A stretch of 64,000 bases of DNA from an uncultured Nitrospinota bacterium (lineage in GTDB: Bacteria; Tectomicrobia; Entotheonellia; J063; CAVPRW01). The stretch lies in contig CAVPRW010000045.1 of NCBI GenBank assembly GCA_963707985.1, forward strand, positions 224,001 through 288,000. The letters are read 5' to 3'. Below are positions 1 to 10,231 of this stretch, in pieces. The position numbers and the translations under genes are program-made. The notes under the pieces were generated by a model that ran no database searches, had not been told where the DNA came from, and saw only the letters and a list, made by a program, of their open reading frames with translations. Within the stretch, counting starts at the first letter, position 1. Every line of letters starts with the position of its first letter.

Positions 1-42
1 CCCCTCTGGTATCCTCGTAGAGCTGCGTCGTCCGACTCAGCG

Positions 43-2695
43 ATGACCGCGATAAGCCGCACAGCTGTGAGGCCTCGTAAGTCCGCCGCGAAGCCGCAGC
101 GGTTCATTCTTGACAATGGCCTCACCGTGCTCCTGCAGGAAAACCACAGCGCGCCTGTGGTCGCCTTGAATATGTGGGTACAGGTTGGAAGCATCTATGA
201 GGGAGATGCCGAGGCTGGCATCTCGCATGTATACGAACACATGCTCTTTAAGGGCACAATGACACGTGGTGTCGGGGAAATCGCCCAAGAGATCGAAGGC
301 TCCGGTGGTGATATCAACGCCTTTACCTCGTTTGATCATACGGTCTACCACATCACCTTGGCGAGCCGATACTTGGACACCGGCCTCGCCGTCATGGCCG
401 ATGCTATCCAGTACTCCGCCTTCGACGCCGACGAGCTACGCAAAGAGCAAGAGGTCGTGCTTGAAGAAATTAAGCGCAGTGAGGATATTCCCAGCCGTAA
501 GTTGACCGAAGCGTTGTTTGCCACGAGCTATCAGCGCCATCCCTATCGGCGGCCGGTGATCGGTAGCGAACAGACAGTGAAAAGCTTCAGCCGAGCACAA
601 ATTCTGAGCTTTTTCAACACCTGGTATGTGCCCAATAATATGACCCTGGTCGTCGCTGGTGATTTCGACTCTCTGGCGGTGTTGCCACGTATTCAAGCTG
701 CCTTTCAGGATTTTCAACCACGGACGCTACCTCCGCTGGAGATTCTCCAGGAGCCGTCGCAAGGTGAACTGCGCACGGTCACTCTCGCCGATGATATTCA
801 AGAAACACTCTTGGATGTCGCCTATCATGTTCCAGGAGTGCTGCACAAAGATAGTGCTGCCATTGATCTCCTGGCATTTATTCTTGGTGGCGGTGAAAGC
901 TCGCGTCTGTATCAAACCGTCAAAGCTGAGCAAGAGCTAGTACACGCCATCTATACGTACTCGTTTTTGCCCAAGGATCCAGGCCTCCTGGTGATTAGTG
1001 CGACGCTACAAGAGGAACGGTGGCAGAACGCGTTGAGGGGGATTTTGGCCGAAGTCGAGCGTGTACAACGCGATGGTGTTAGGACGGCTGAGCTGGACCG
1101 CGCGAAGCGAAACCTCGAAAGTGAATTTATTTATCAGCGCGAGACAGTTCAGGGGCAAGCGTCGCAATTAGGTTATTTCGGCGCTATCCTTGCCGATCTC
1201 GCCTATGAGGCGCGATATCTCAAGGCCATTGCCCGAACAACCCCACGGGATATCCAACGTGTGGTGCGGACGTATCTTGCGCCAACGAATCTCACCGTGG
1301 GGTTCTTCGTGCCGCACGCCGCTGGCATGCACGTCACTCACGAACACGTCGCGCAGACGGTCCAGGCCGGCACCGAACCGCCGAGACGGCGGCGATCGTC
1401 ACACGCCACCACTGCAGGGCATACCCGCAAATTCCTTTTGGATAACGGCATGACGCTGCTAGTGCGCGAAAACCATGCTATCCCCTTAGTGGCGATGCAG
1501 GCCGTGTTTCTCGGTGGTTTGTGGGTGGAAGATGAGGCGCATAACGGGGTAATGAATTTCGTCGCCGAAATGGTGACAAAAGGCACCGTGAATCGACGGG
1601 CGCGTGCCCTGGCCGAGGAAATTGAGTCGATGGCGGGGGATGTAGGCGGCTTCGCTGGACGGAGCAGCTTTGGGGTGTCGGCTGAGGTGCTTCGTCGTGA
1701 CCTGGATCAAGGGCTTGAACTGCTAGCTGACATTTTACGCGAGCCCACCTTCGAGCCGGATGAATTGGAGAAAAAACGGGCTGATCTGCTCGCGGCGTTG
1801 AAGCACGAAGACGATGATCTGTTCAAGGTGGCATTTACGCTCTGCGCAAAGCGCCTTTTTCCGGATCATCCCTATGGGCTAAGGGTCTTGGGCACTGCGG
1901 AGTCCGTCACACAGTTGACCCGCGACGATTTGTTCCACTGGTATCGGCGCTACGCTGTCCCCAACAACCTTGTCCTGGCCATCGTTGGCGATGTTGAGGC
2001 TGATAGCATCCACCATGCCGTCAACCGGCTGTTCAGGTCGTGGCAACCAGTACCGCTCGATCTCCCACCTCAGGGTAGATCGATCCGTTCGGCCGTGAAT
2101 GGCCCGGTGATCTATCAGCGCAACAAGGAACAGGCGCACATCATTGTCGGTATGCGGGGGATCAGTCTCCATCATCCCGAACGCTATGCGCTCAGGGTAC
2201 TCGAGTCCATTCTCGCGAGCCAGGGCGGGCGTTTGTTCGTCGAGTTGCGTGAGAAACAGAGCCTGGCGTACACGGTGACGGCACGGTCCTTGGAAGGGCT
2301 TGATCCGTTCATTTTTTTCGTCTATCTTGCCACCAGCCCTGAAAAAACCGCCGTGGCCCTCGATGGCATTAGAGAAGAGCTGCTTCGAGTGCGGGAGCAG
2401 GGGGCAACCACCCAGGAGATTGAGCGTGCCAAGCGCTATCTCGTAGGGAACTACGAGATAGAGATACAGAAGAATAGCGCGCTGGCAGCCATGCTGGCGT
2501 TCGATGAACGTTATGGTTTGGGTTGTCAGGAGGTGGAGACTTACACGGAGAACATTATGGCCATCACGCCAGAGATGGTCCAACACGTTGCTCGTACGTA
2601 TCTTGACGGTCGATCAGTCAGCGGTGGTGATTGTCGGTCCAGCTCCCGCCGGAGGGACGGTAGATGACTTTTCTGCGGCGAGGGTCGTATCTTGA
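43..2695 (+). CDS. M16 family (pitrilysin/PqqL-like) zinc protease, two-half fusion; apparent +1 indel near 2600
   Basis: Inverted zinc motif HVYEH plus MLFKGT and NAFTSFD in the N-terminal half; second half lacks HxxEH. The typical C-terminus (..TVDQSAVVIVGP) is in the adjacent frame ending at 2695, while the called ORF ends at 2667. Confidence 0.9.
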
Positions 2696-2720
2696 CTTGC
2701 CCGGGGGGCTATGTTACTTT
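2692..2720 (+). promoter_or_regulatory. Candidate sigma70 promoter for the Pup-proteasome operon
   Basis: TTGACT-17 bp-TACTTT with extended -10 TG, about 57 bp upstream of the arc start and its GAGGAGG RBS. Confidence 0.55.
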
Positions 2721-2777
2721 TTATTGGAAGGGAAGACCCTTGAGAGGTGCCAAGGCCTGAAGAGGAGATGAGGAGGT

Positions 2778-4601
2778 ATGGATAACCCAAACGATCAGGA
2801 AAAAACGGGTTTCATCAAAGATACTATGCGTAAATTTTCCCTACACATCCCCGGGAGTGAGTCCTCTCTGGCCGGAAAAATCAGCCAATATGAAGCTGAA
2901 ATCGGTAAATTACAAGATCAAATTAAGACGTTAGAAGATGAATCAGAAGGTCTCTTACGCAATCTCGAAAAAACCATCAACCAGTATGAAGTGTTGAAGC
3001 GTAAGTATTATCAAACCAGCGAGCAGATGAATAGTGGCCGGAAGCAAAATGAGAAGCTTGCTGCGGCTCTCCAGGAAGCCAAGAATCAAATCGTCGCGCT
3101 GAAAGAGGAAATCGATAAGCTTTGTGCACCTCCTAATAGCTATGGAACATTTCGTAAATCTAATGAGGATGGCACGATTGACATCAGTGTGGATGGGCGG
3201 ACACTGAAAGTTAATGTGCATCCGAAGATCGACATCAAAGAACTGCATGAGGGGCAACTGGTCATTCTGAATGAAGCCTATAATGTGATCGAGGTGTCCG
3301 GTTACGAAGTGAAAGGTGAAGTCGTTCACATTAAGGATTTCATTGACGACAATCGTGCCATCGTCATTGGTCGTGCCGACGAAGAAATGGTGATCCAGCT
3401 CTCGGATCCTCTCAAGCGTGACGGCATGAAGATCGGTGACAATGTGTTGCTTGATCCACGCTCAGGTTATGCGGTGGAACGTATACCCAAATCTGACGTG
3501 GAGGAGGTCGTCCTCGAAGAGGTGCCCAACGTTACCTATGACGATATCGGCGGATTAGGGGATCAGATCGAGGCCCTACGAGATGCTATCGAGCTGCCCT
3601 ACCTCTATCCGGAGGAATTCAGGGAACATCGGCTGAGCCCGCCGAAAGGCATCCTGCTGTATGGACCTCCAGGGTGTGGGAAGACGTTGATTGCTAAGGC
3701 TGTGGCCAACAGCTTGGCGGGAAAATCGAAAAACGCACCGGCAAGAAAACCTCCGCCTACTTCCTCAATGTCAAGGGCCCTGAGCTGCTCAATAAGTATG
3801 TTGGCGAAACCGAGCATAAGATCCGCGAGGTGTTCAAGAAGGCCAAAGAGAAGGCCAACGAAGACCAACCGGTGATTGTCTTCTTCGACGAGATGGATTC
3901 GATTTTCCGCATGCGCGGCTCAGGTATTTCGTCCGACGTGGAAATCACCGTAGTGGCCCAATTCCTGTCTGAGATCGATGGGCTCGAAGCTCTGCGCAAT
4001 GTTATCGTCATTGGTGCCAGCAACCGCCAGGATTTGATCGACCCTGCTGTTCTGCGGCCGGGTCGCCTCGACCTGAAGATCAAGATCGACCGTCCAGATA
4101 AAGACGCGGCACGCGATATTTTCTCTAAATATCTTACGTCTAACCTGCCGATCCACCAGGCCGGAACTCGAGTCTGTCGGCGGGGATCGGGAGAAGGCCG
4201 TTCGTGTGCTGACTGAGCGCTTAGTCGAGGAGATGTATGCGCCGACGGAGCGCAATAAATTTCTGGAGGTGACCTATGCCAAGGGCGACAAAGAGATATT
4301 TTACTTCAAAGACTTCGCCAGTGGTGCTATGATCGAAAACATCATCGCTCGGGCTAAGAAGGTCGCTCTTAAGCGGTATATCAGTGGTGGAGAGAAAGGC
4401 CTAGCGTTTGTCGATCTGCAGGAGGCGGTCGAGGGGGAGTATAAGGAAAATGAGGACCTCCCGAATACGACTAACCCGGATGATTGGGCCCGGATTTCGG
4501 GTCGTAAAGGCGAGAAGATCATCAACGTGCGTACGTTGATGAGTGGGAGTTCGCCGAAGTTGCGTTCGATCGAGGACATTTCCGGAGGGCAGTATCTATA
4601 G
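2778..4601 (+). CDS. arc: Proteasome-associated AAA ATPase ARC/Mpa, split by two compensating frameshifts (~3723, ~4163)
   Basis: N-terminal coiled coil, PPNSYG, Walker A GPPGCGKT, Walker [33 protein letters not shown] and C-terminal GQYL docking motif, spread over ORFs 2778-3875, 3830-4216 and 4206-4601. Confidence 0.95.
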
Positions 4602-4719
4602 GGCAACGAGGTGGAGCGATAGCCCCATGTTAGATGATTTGCTACTCTGACATTCCTCCTGACGATGGGTGTATCAACCAGTGGTTTCCGGACCCTAGTA
4701 CCGGCAGAGGGTTTACGAT

Positions 4720-6208
4720 ATGGCTATTCCGAAAATTCTGGGGACGGAGACCGAATATGGCATCATTGGACGTCAGGACCCTGATTTCGACCCAATCTCG
4801 CGGACGCTGTTGCTGATCAATAGCTATCAATGCGAGATGCCCCCTCCATCCCTTTGGGACTATACGCAAGAATCGCTCCGCTTCGATCCGCAGGCGATCT
4901 CCTTCGATGACATTTATGACATCCCCGACCAACTCGATCCCCTAATCATTAACAAAGTCCTCGAAAATGGGGCGAGGTATTACTTGGATCATGCACATCC
5001 TGAGTATGCAACGCCTGAATGCGCGAACATCCACGATCTCGTCTGCTACGAAAAGGCCGGCGATCGTATTCTCGATCACAGCCGCGTCGCTGCGGAGCAT
5101 GTCCTGACGGGTAGGCAGCAGATCCTTGCTCTACAAAAATAACAGCGATCATAAGGGCAACAGCTACGGCTATCACGAGAATTACCTGCTCGATCGCAGT
5201 ACACCTTTTCGTTTGATTGTTGAGCACTTCACCCCCTTCATCGTGAGCCGCCAGATTTTTTGCGGGGCGGGCAAGGTGGGGGCCGAGAATAACACGGCGT
5301 CCACGGCCTACCAAATCTCGCAGCGTGCCGATTTTTTTGAGACGGAAGTGGGCTTGGACACCATGGTCAAACGCCCTCTCATCAATACGCGTGATGAGCC
5401 GCACGCCAGTCGTGAGAAGTATCGGCGGTTGCATGTGATCGTTGGTGATGCCAATATGTCGGAATATGCGCTGTACCTGAAACTAGGTGCCACTGCGCTT
5501 GTGCTTGCCATGATCGAAGATGACTTTCTTCCGCGCACGTTCGCGTTGAGGGATCCAGTTGCCACGCTCAAGGGAATTTCCCGTGATTTGACCTGCCGGC
5601 AACCAGTGCAGTTGGATGATGGCAGTACCATCAGTCCGATCGCGTTACAGTGGGAGTATTGGGCTGCGGCAGAGCGATACTGTGCGACGTTCCCCGTTGA
5701 GCCTTGGGGACTCGATGTCCTGCGAAAATGGGCCTATGTGCTCTATCATTTGGAGCAAGATCCATTGTCGCTAGCTCGGGAGCTCGACTGGGTCATCAAG
5801 TTGCGGCTGCTCACCTCCTACATGGACCGCTATGGGTGTAACTGGGACAGCGCCCAGGTAACGATGCTCGATTTGCAATATCACGATATCCGTCGCGAGA
5901 AAGGTCTGTATTACGTGCTCGAGCGTCGCGGCGAGGTGGAGCGTATCGTGACCGATGCGGAGATCGAGCGTGCTGTTGACGAGCCGCCAGTCGATACGCG
6001 CGCCTACCTCCGAGGGATGTGTCTGAAAAAGTTCCGGCAGCAAGTGTTCAGCGTCAATTGGGACTCGTTAGCGTTCAATCTTGACGAAGGGGACATCAGA
6101 CGTATTGCCCTTGACGATCCCTTACAGGGGACTAAAGCCCAGGTTGCCAAGGCCATCGAGGCCGCGGCAAGTGCGACCGAGTTACTGGCCGCCCTTTCTG
6201 AAACCTAG
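4720..6208 (+). CDS. dop: Pup deamidase/depupylase Dop, one frameshift near 5126
   Basis: GTETEYG, WDY Dop-loop insertion, NGARYYLDHAHPEYATPEC, NNSDHKGNSYGYHENY, NTRDEPH, RRLHVIVGDAN; lies directly before pup. Confidence 0.93.
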
Positions 6209-6324
6209 CCAAGCAGAGGGAGGGAGCAATGATGATTCATACGCGGAACTCACGGACACGGTCAGAGGAGATGTTGGAGGTTATGGTTTCCGAGGAACAC
6301 GGATCCTTAACTAGGATAGTCGGA

Positions 6325-6525
6325 ATGGCCGCTGGTGATCAGAAACAAGTGCGGCGCTCAGATGCTCCTCAGGACACGGCGGAGGCCAAACCCGCAAGCA
6401 ATATTAAAGAACGTGGCGAAACATTAAAGGAAGACCTTGATCGCATTATTGATGAAATCGATGAGGTGCTCGAGGAAAACGCGGAGGAATTCGTGAAGAA
6501 CTATGTCCAGCGAGGAGGAGAGTGA
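6325..6525 (+). CDS. pup: Prokaryotic ubiquitin-like protein Pup (Glu-terminal)
   Basis: DRIIDEIDEVLEENAEEFVKNYVQRGGE is the Pup signature; 66 aa from ATG 6325, and the frame is open back to 6229. Confidence 0.95.
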   Translation: MAAGDQKQVRRSDAPQDTAEAKPASNIKERGETLKEDLDRIIDEIDEVLEENAEEFVKNYVQRGGE

Positions 6526-6526
6526 G

Positions 6527-7315
6527 GTGGAAATCACCCTCACGGGACATGGGTCAAGTTTTTATGATTTCGTCCACGTTGAGCACGGCTATCTTTTGCC
6601 CCGCTTTCATGTGCCTGAGGGTGGTGGGGCTCCGTCTTTTGCCCAGCCCCCCCACGGCACCACAATCTTGGCATTGAAATACCTCGATGGGGTTGTTATT
6701 GCCGCCGATCGACAGGCGACCGAGGGCTATCAAGTTGCCTCACGGCATATTGAGAAAGTCTATAAGGCTGACGAATACTCCGCGATTGCCATCGCCGGAG
6801 CCGCCGGTCCCTGCATCGAAATGGTTAAGCTATTCCAGGTCGAGCTGGAGCATTATGAAAAGTTAGAAGGCGAAGTGCTCGCCCTTGAAGGCAAAGCTAA
6901 TAAGCTGGCGCAGATGGTGCGGCAGAACTTGCCTGCTGCATTCCAAGGACTGGTTGTTATCCCGATATTCGCGGGGTATGATCTCCGTAAAAGTGAGGGG
7001 CGGATTTTTAAGTACGATATTACCGGCGGCAGATACGAAGAGGGCGACTATTATTCAACCGGCTCGGGTGGTAAAGATGCCCGTAATACCCTGAAGAAGT
7101 TTTTCCGCACGGGTATGACGCGCGAGCAGGCCGTGCGTTTGGCGCTTGAGGCGTTACTTGATGCGTCTGAAGAAGACGTCGCGACAGGGGGACCGGATCC
7201 AGTTCGGGGTATCTATCCCAGTGTCAAGATCGTTGCCCAGACGGGCACTAATGATTTGCCTGAAGACGAGATTCGCCAGATGTGCGAGGCGCTACTGAGC
7301 GAGCGAAGAAGGTGA
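6527..7315 (+). CDS. prcB: 20S proteasome beta subunit
   Basis: Propeptide with SSFYDF then PHG|TT nucleophile site, AADRQAT, LEHYEKLEG, GSG; GTG start after GGAGGAG. Confidence 0.95.
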   Translation: MEITLTGHGSSFYDFVHVEHGYLLPRFHVPEGGGAPSFAQPPHGTTILALKYLDGVVIAADRQATEGYQVASRHIEKVYKADEYSAIAIAGAAGPCIEMVKLFQVELEHYEKLEGEVLALEGKANKLAQMVRQNLPAAFQGLVVIPIFAGYDLRKSEGRIFKYDITGGRYEEGDYYSTGSGGKDARNTLKKFFRTGMTREQAVRLALEALLDASEEDVATGGPDPVRGIYPSVKIVAQTGTNDLPEDEIRQMCEALLSERRR

Positions 7316-7319
7316 GACG

Positions 7320-8018
7320 ATGGCTATTCCGTTTTACGTCGCGCCTGACCAAATGGTTCAGGATAAGGCTGAGTATGCTCGGAAGGGTATCGCCAAGGGG
7401 AAGTCTATTGTTGCCATGGAATCTGCCGTGGGAATTACCCTCGTGGCGGAAAATCCTAGTGCCTCGCTCAACAAGATCTCGGAAATTTATGATCGCATCG
7501 GTTTCGCTGGTGTTGGTAAGTACAGTGAGTTCGAAAACCTGCGCAAAGCTGGGATCCGCTATGCCGACCTCAAGGGCTATGCCTACAGTCGCGAAGATGT
7601 CTTTTCAAAGTCGTTGGCGAATGCCTATTCCGAGGTGATCGGCAACATCTTCACCCGGGAGATCAAGCCATTGGAGGTGGAGATCCTGGTGGTGGAAGTA
7701 GGTGAGACAGCGGAAGAGAATCAGATGTACCGCATCCTCTTTGACGGGAGCATCAGCGATCATCATGGTTCTGTGGTCATCGGCGGGCAGGCTGAAAAGA
7801 TCTCGCAGTTCCTCCGCGACCGATTCCGTGACGAACTCAGGCTGGAAGAGGCGATTAAACTTGGGAAAGAGGCGTTGGAGGCGGGACAAGGTGGTCCGAT
7901 TCGTGAGAACACTCTTGAAGTCGCGATACTCGATCGCGCCCGCCCTGGCCGTAAGTTTCGGCGATTTTCCGCTCTCGACCTCCGGGAGCTTCTGGCGAAA
8001 GCGAGCTTAGGCACATGA
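7320..8018 (+). CDS. prcA: 20S proteasome alpha subunit
   Basis: PFYVAPDQMVQDKAEYARKGIAKGKS, KISEIYDRI, GYAYSREDV, LEVAILDR. Confidence 0.95.
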   Translation: MAIPFYVAPDQMVQDKAEYARKGIAKGKSIVAMESAVGITLVAENPSASLNKISEIYDRIGFAGVGKYSEFENLRKAGIRYADLKGYAYSREDVFSKSLANAYSEVIGNIFTREIKPLEVEILVVEVGETAEENQMYRILFDGSISDHHGSVVIGGQAEKISQFLRDRFRDELRLEEAIKLGKEALEAGQGGPIRENTLEVAILDRARPGRKFRRFSALDLRELLAKASLGT

Positions 8019-9403
8019 AGAAGCGTATCTATGGTCTTGAGAGTGAGTATGGGATTATCTTTACCTCAGATGGTAAACGAACACTACCTGCGGAAAAGGC
8101 GGTGCGTTACCTCTTCGAGAAGCTCATTACCACGGAGGGCTTCCTGAATGTCTTTCTGGAAAATGGAGCGCGCTTTTATCTGGACACAGGCTGCCATCCA
8201 GAATATGCCACCCCGGAATGCGCAAGTCCATTAGACCTGGTCATCTATGACAAGGCGGGGGAACGCATTCTTGAGGACCTCCTGTACTATGCCGAGCAGC
8301 GACTGCGTGAGGAGGGTTTGAGCGGCAACCTGGCAATTTTTAAAAACAATACCGATTTCGTAGGCAACTCCTACGGGTGCCATGAAAACTACCTGGTGGA
8401 GCGCTCTGCCGACTTCTACGACTTGGCTGAGCAGTTGATCCCTTTTTTGGTAACGCGCCAGATTTTTGCTGGATCCGGGAAATTCTTCAAGACTCGTCGA
8501 GGCCTTGAATATTGCGTTTCGCAGCGTGCGCAGCATATTCGACAAGAGATCTCCGGTACCACAACCAACGAACGGAGTATTATTAACACCCGAGACGAAC
8601 CGCATGCCGACAAAGAAAAGTACCGCCGGCTACACATTATTGTCGGCGACTCAAACATGTCAGAATATACGACCTTCCTAAAGGTTGGTACGACAGCCCT
8701 CGTGCTCGAAATGATCGAGGACAACTTCTTGACCAAAGACTTTTCGCTCCGCAATCCTGTTCGTGCGTTAAAGGAGATTTCGCGCGATCTAACCTGCAAG
8801 CGAAAATTGCAGCTTGATGATGGTCGTAAAGCGAGTGCCTTGGAGGTCCAACAGGCCTATCTCGAACAGGCACTTACCTATTACGCCCGTAAAGGAGCTG
8901 ATCCAGAAGTCACGGACATACTGCAGAAGTGGGAGCATGTTCTGCATTGTCTTGACGACAATCCGATGGAGCTGCGACGGGAAATCGATTGGGTCATTAA
9001 GAAACACTTGGTGGAGCGGTATCTGGAAAAGCACGATCCAGAGTCCAGTGAGGACAAGGTCCTTATGCTTGATTTACAGTATCATGACATACGCACTAAC
9101 AAAGGGGTGTATTATCTGATGGAAAAGAATGGCCAGGTTGAGCGAATGGCCACGGACCCAGCCATTCAACTGGCGACCACCCATCCGCCGCAGAACACCC
9201 GCGCGAAACTGCGGGGGGAACTCATCAAACTTGCGCGTCAGAAACGTATTCCATACGATCTGGACTGGAATTATATTCGACTGGGGTATTTGTTAAATCT
9301 CTGGGTGCGTTGTAACGATCCATTCCAGGAAGAGAATGAAAAGGTGACACTCTTGAAGCGTCGACTAGAGAAGACTAACTTCAAGTACGGTTATCTGCTG
9401 TAG
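8015..9403 (+). CDS. pafA: Pup--protein ligase PafA
   Basis: RIYGLESEYG, no Dop loop, NGARFYLDTGCHPEYATPEC, GNSYGCHENY, SQRAQHI, PPQNTRAKLRG; ATGA overlap with prcA. Confidence 0.93.
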   Translation: MKKRIYGLESEYGIIFTSDGKRTLPAEKAVRYLFEKLITTEGFLNVFLENGARFYLDTGCHPEYATPECASPLDLVIYDKAGERILEDLLYYAEQRLREEGLSGNLAIFKNNTDFVGNSYGCHENYLVERSADFYDLAEQLIPFLVTRQIFAGSGKFFKTRRGLEYCVSQRAQHIRQEISGTTTNERSIINTRDEPHADKEKYRRLHIIVGDSNMSEYTTFLKVGTTALVLEMIEDNFLTKDFSLRNPVRALKEISRDLTCKRKLQLDDGRKASALEVQQAYLEQALTYYARKGADPEVTDILQKWEHVLHCLDDNPMELRREIDWVIKKHLVERYLEKHDPESSEDKVLMLDLQYHDIRTNKGVYYLMEKNGQVERMATDPAIQLATTHPPQNTRAKLRGELIKLARQKRIPYDLDWNYIRLGYLLNLWVRCNDPFQEENEKVTLLKRRLEKTNFKYGYLL

Positions 9404-9506
9404 ACTCTCCGTACAGATGGGGGAACTCTGGTCGGGCGACCCTTCTACCTCGTGAGATTGCGTGTGAAGTTTCCGATCGGCAAGCACTTGGAAGAAAATT
9501 GAGCGC

Positions 9507-10142
9507 ATGGAGAGTCAGCGTATTACCTTTGTGGCTAATGACGTGACGTGTGAGGGACTTCTCACGCACTCTAATGCGAATGCCCATGGGCCAGGGATTG
9601 TTCTCTGCCATCCCCATCCTCTGCGGGGTGGCGACATGTTGAATAATATTGTCGTGGCCCTTGCAGAGGCCTTTGCTACGGATGGATTTGCCGTTCTGCA
9701 ATTTAACTTTCGTGGTGTTGGCAGAAGCACAGGGCATTATTCCGAGGGCATTGGTGAGCAGGAAGATGCAAAGGCAGCCCTAATATGGTTGAGCACGCAG
9801 CCTGGGATAGACGTTGATCGCTTGTTTCTAGGAGGCTATTCCTTTGGGGCTCGAGTGACGCTTGCCGTGGCCTCAAGCGATCCTCATGTGTGTGGCTTTG
9901 TTGTTGTCGCGCCTCCCGTCTTGCGTGGTGACTGGCCTTCGCTGGAATCCGCTCGTGGGCCCAAGATCGTTCTCTGTGGCGAACGTGATCCCGTCGCACC
10001 GCCTGAATTGGTTACAGGCATGATGAAAAGCATACCCGAGCCTAAGCGCTTAGCGGTTTTCTCCGGGGCTGATCATTTTTTTGTGGGGCAGGAACGCACA
10101 TTGGCGCAGCACGCTGTCAAGTTACTGCGGGAACTATCCTAG
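9507..10142 (+). CDS. Alpha/beta hydrolase
   Basis: CHPHPLRGG, FNFRGVG, GYSFG nucleophile elbow, DHFF. Confidence 0.88.
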   Translation: MESQRITFVANDVTCEGLLTHSNANAHGPGIVLCHPHPLRGGDMLNNIVVALAEAFATDGFAVLQFNFRGVGRSTGHYSEGIGEQEDAKAALIWLSTQPGIDVDRLFLGGYSFGARVTLAVASSDPHVCGFVVVAPPVLRGDWPSLESARGPKIVLCGERDPVAPPELVTGMMKSIPEPKRLAVFSGADHFFVGQERTLAQHAVKLLRELS

Positions 10143-10231
10143 TCACAGCTCTCCCAACGATTTTCCACGAGTAGCCTCCCACTTTTCCGGCAATTGTTAA
10201 CGGCATGACAGCCATACGCCGCAGAGTGTCG

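Noticed and set aside
3719..3725. In-phase slippery heptamer G GGA AAA at the first arc frameshift, suggesting a programmed -1 shift
   Set aside because: A -1 slip would restore the frame, but a second, opposite shift near 4163 is still needed and nearby genes show similar indels. A homopolymer error is simpler.
9380..9403. PafA C-terminus KYGYLL as a proteasome-docking motif
   Set aside because: Tyr is not penultimate, so it fits neither GQYL nor HbYX.
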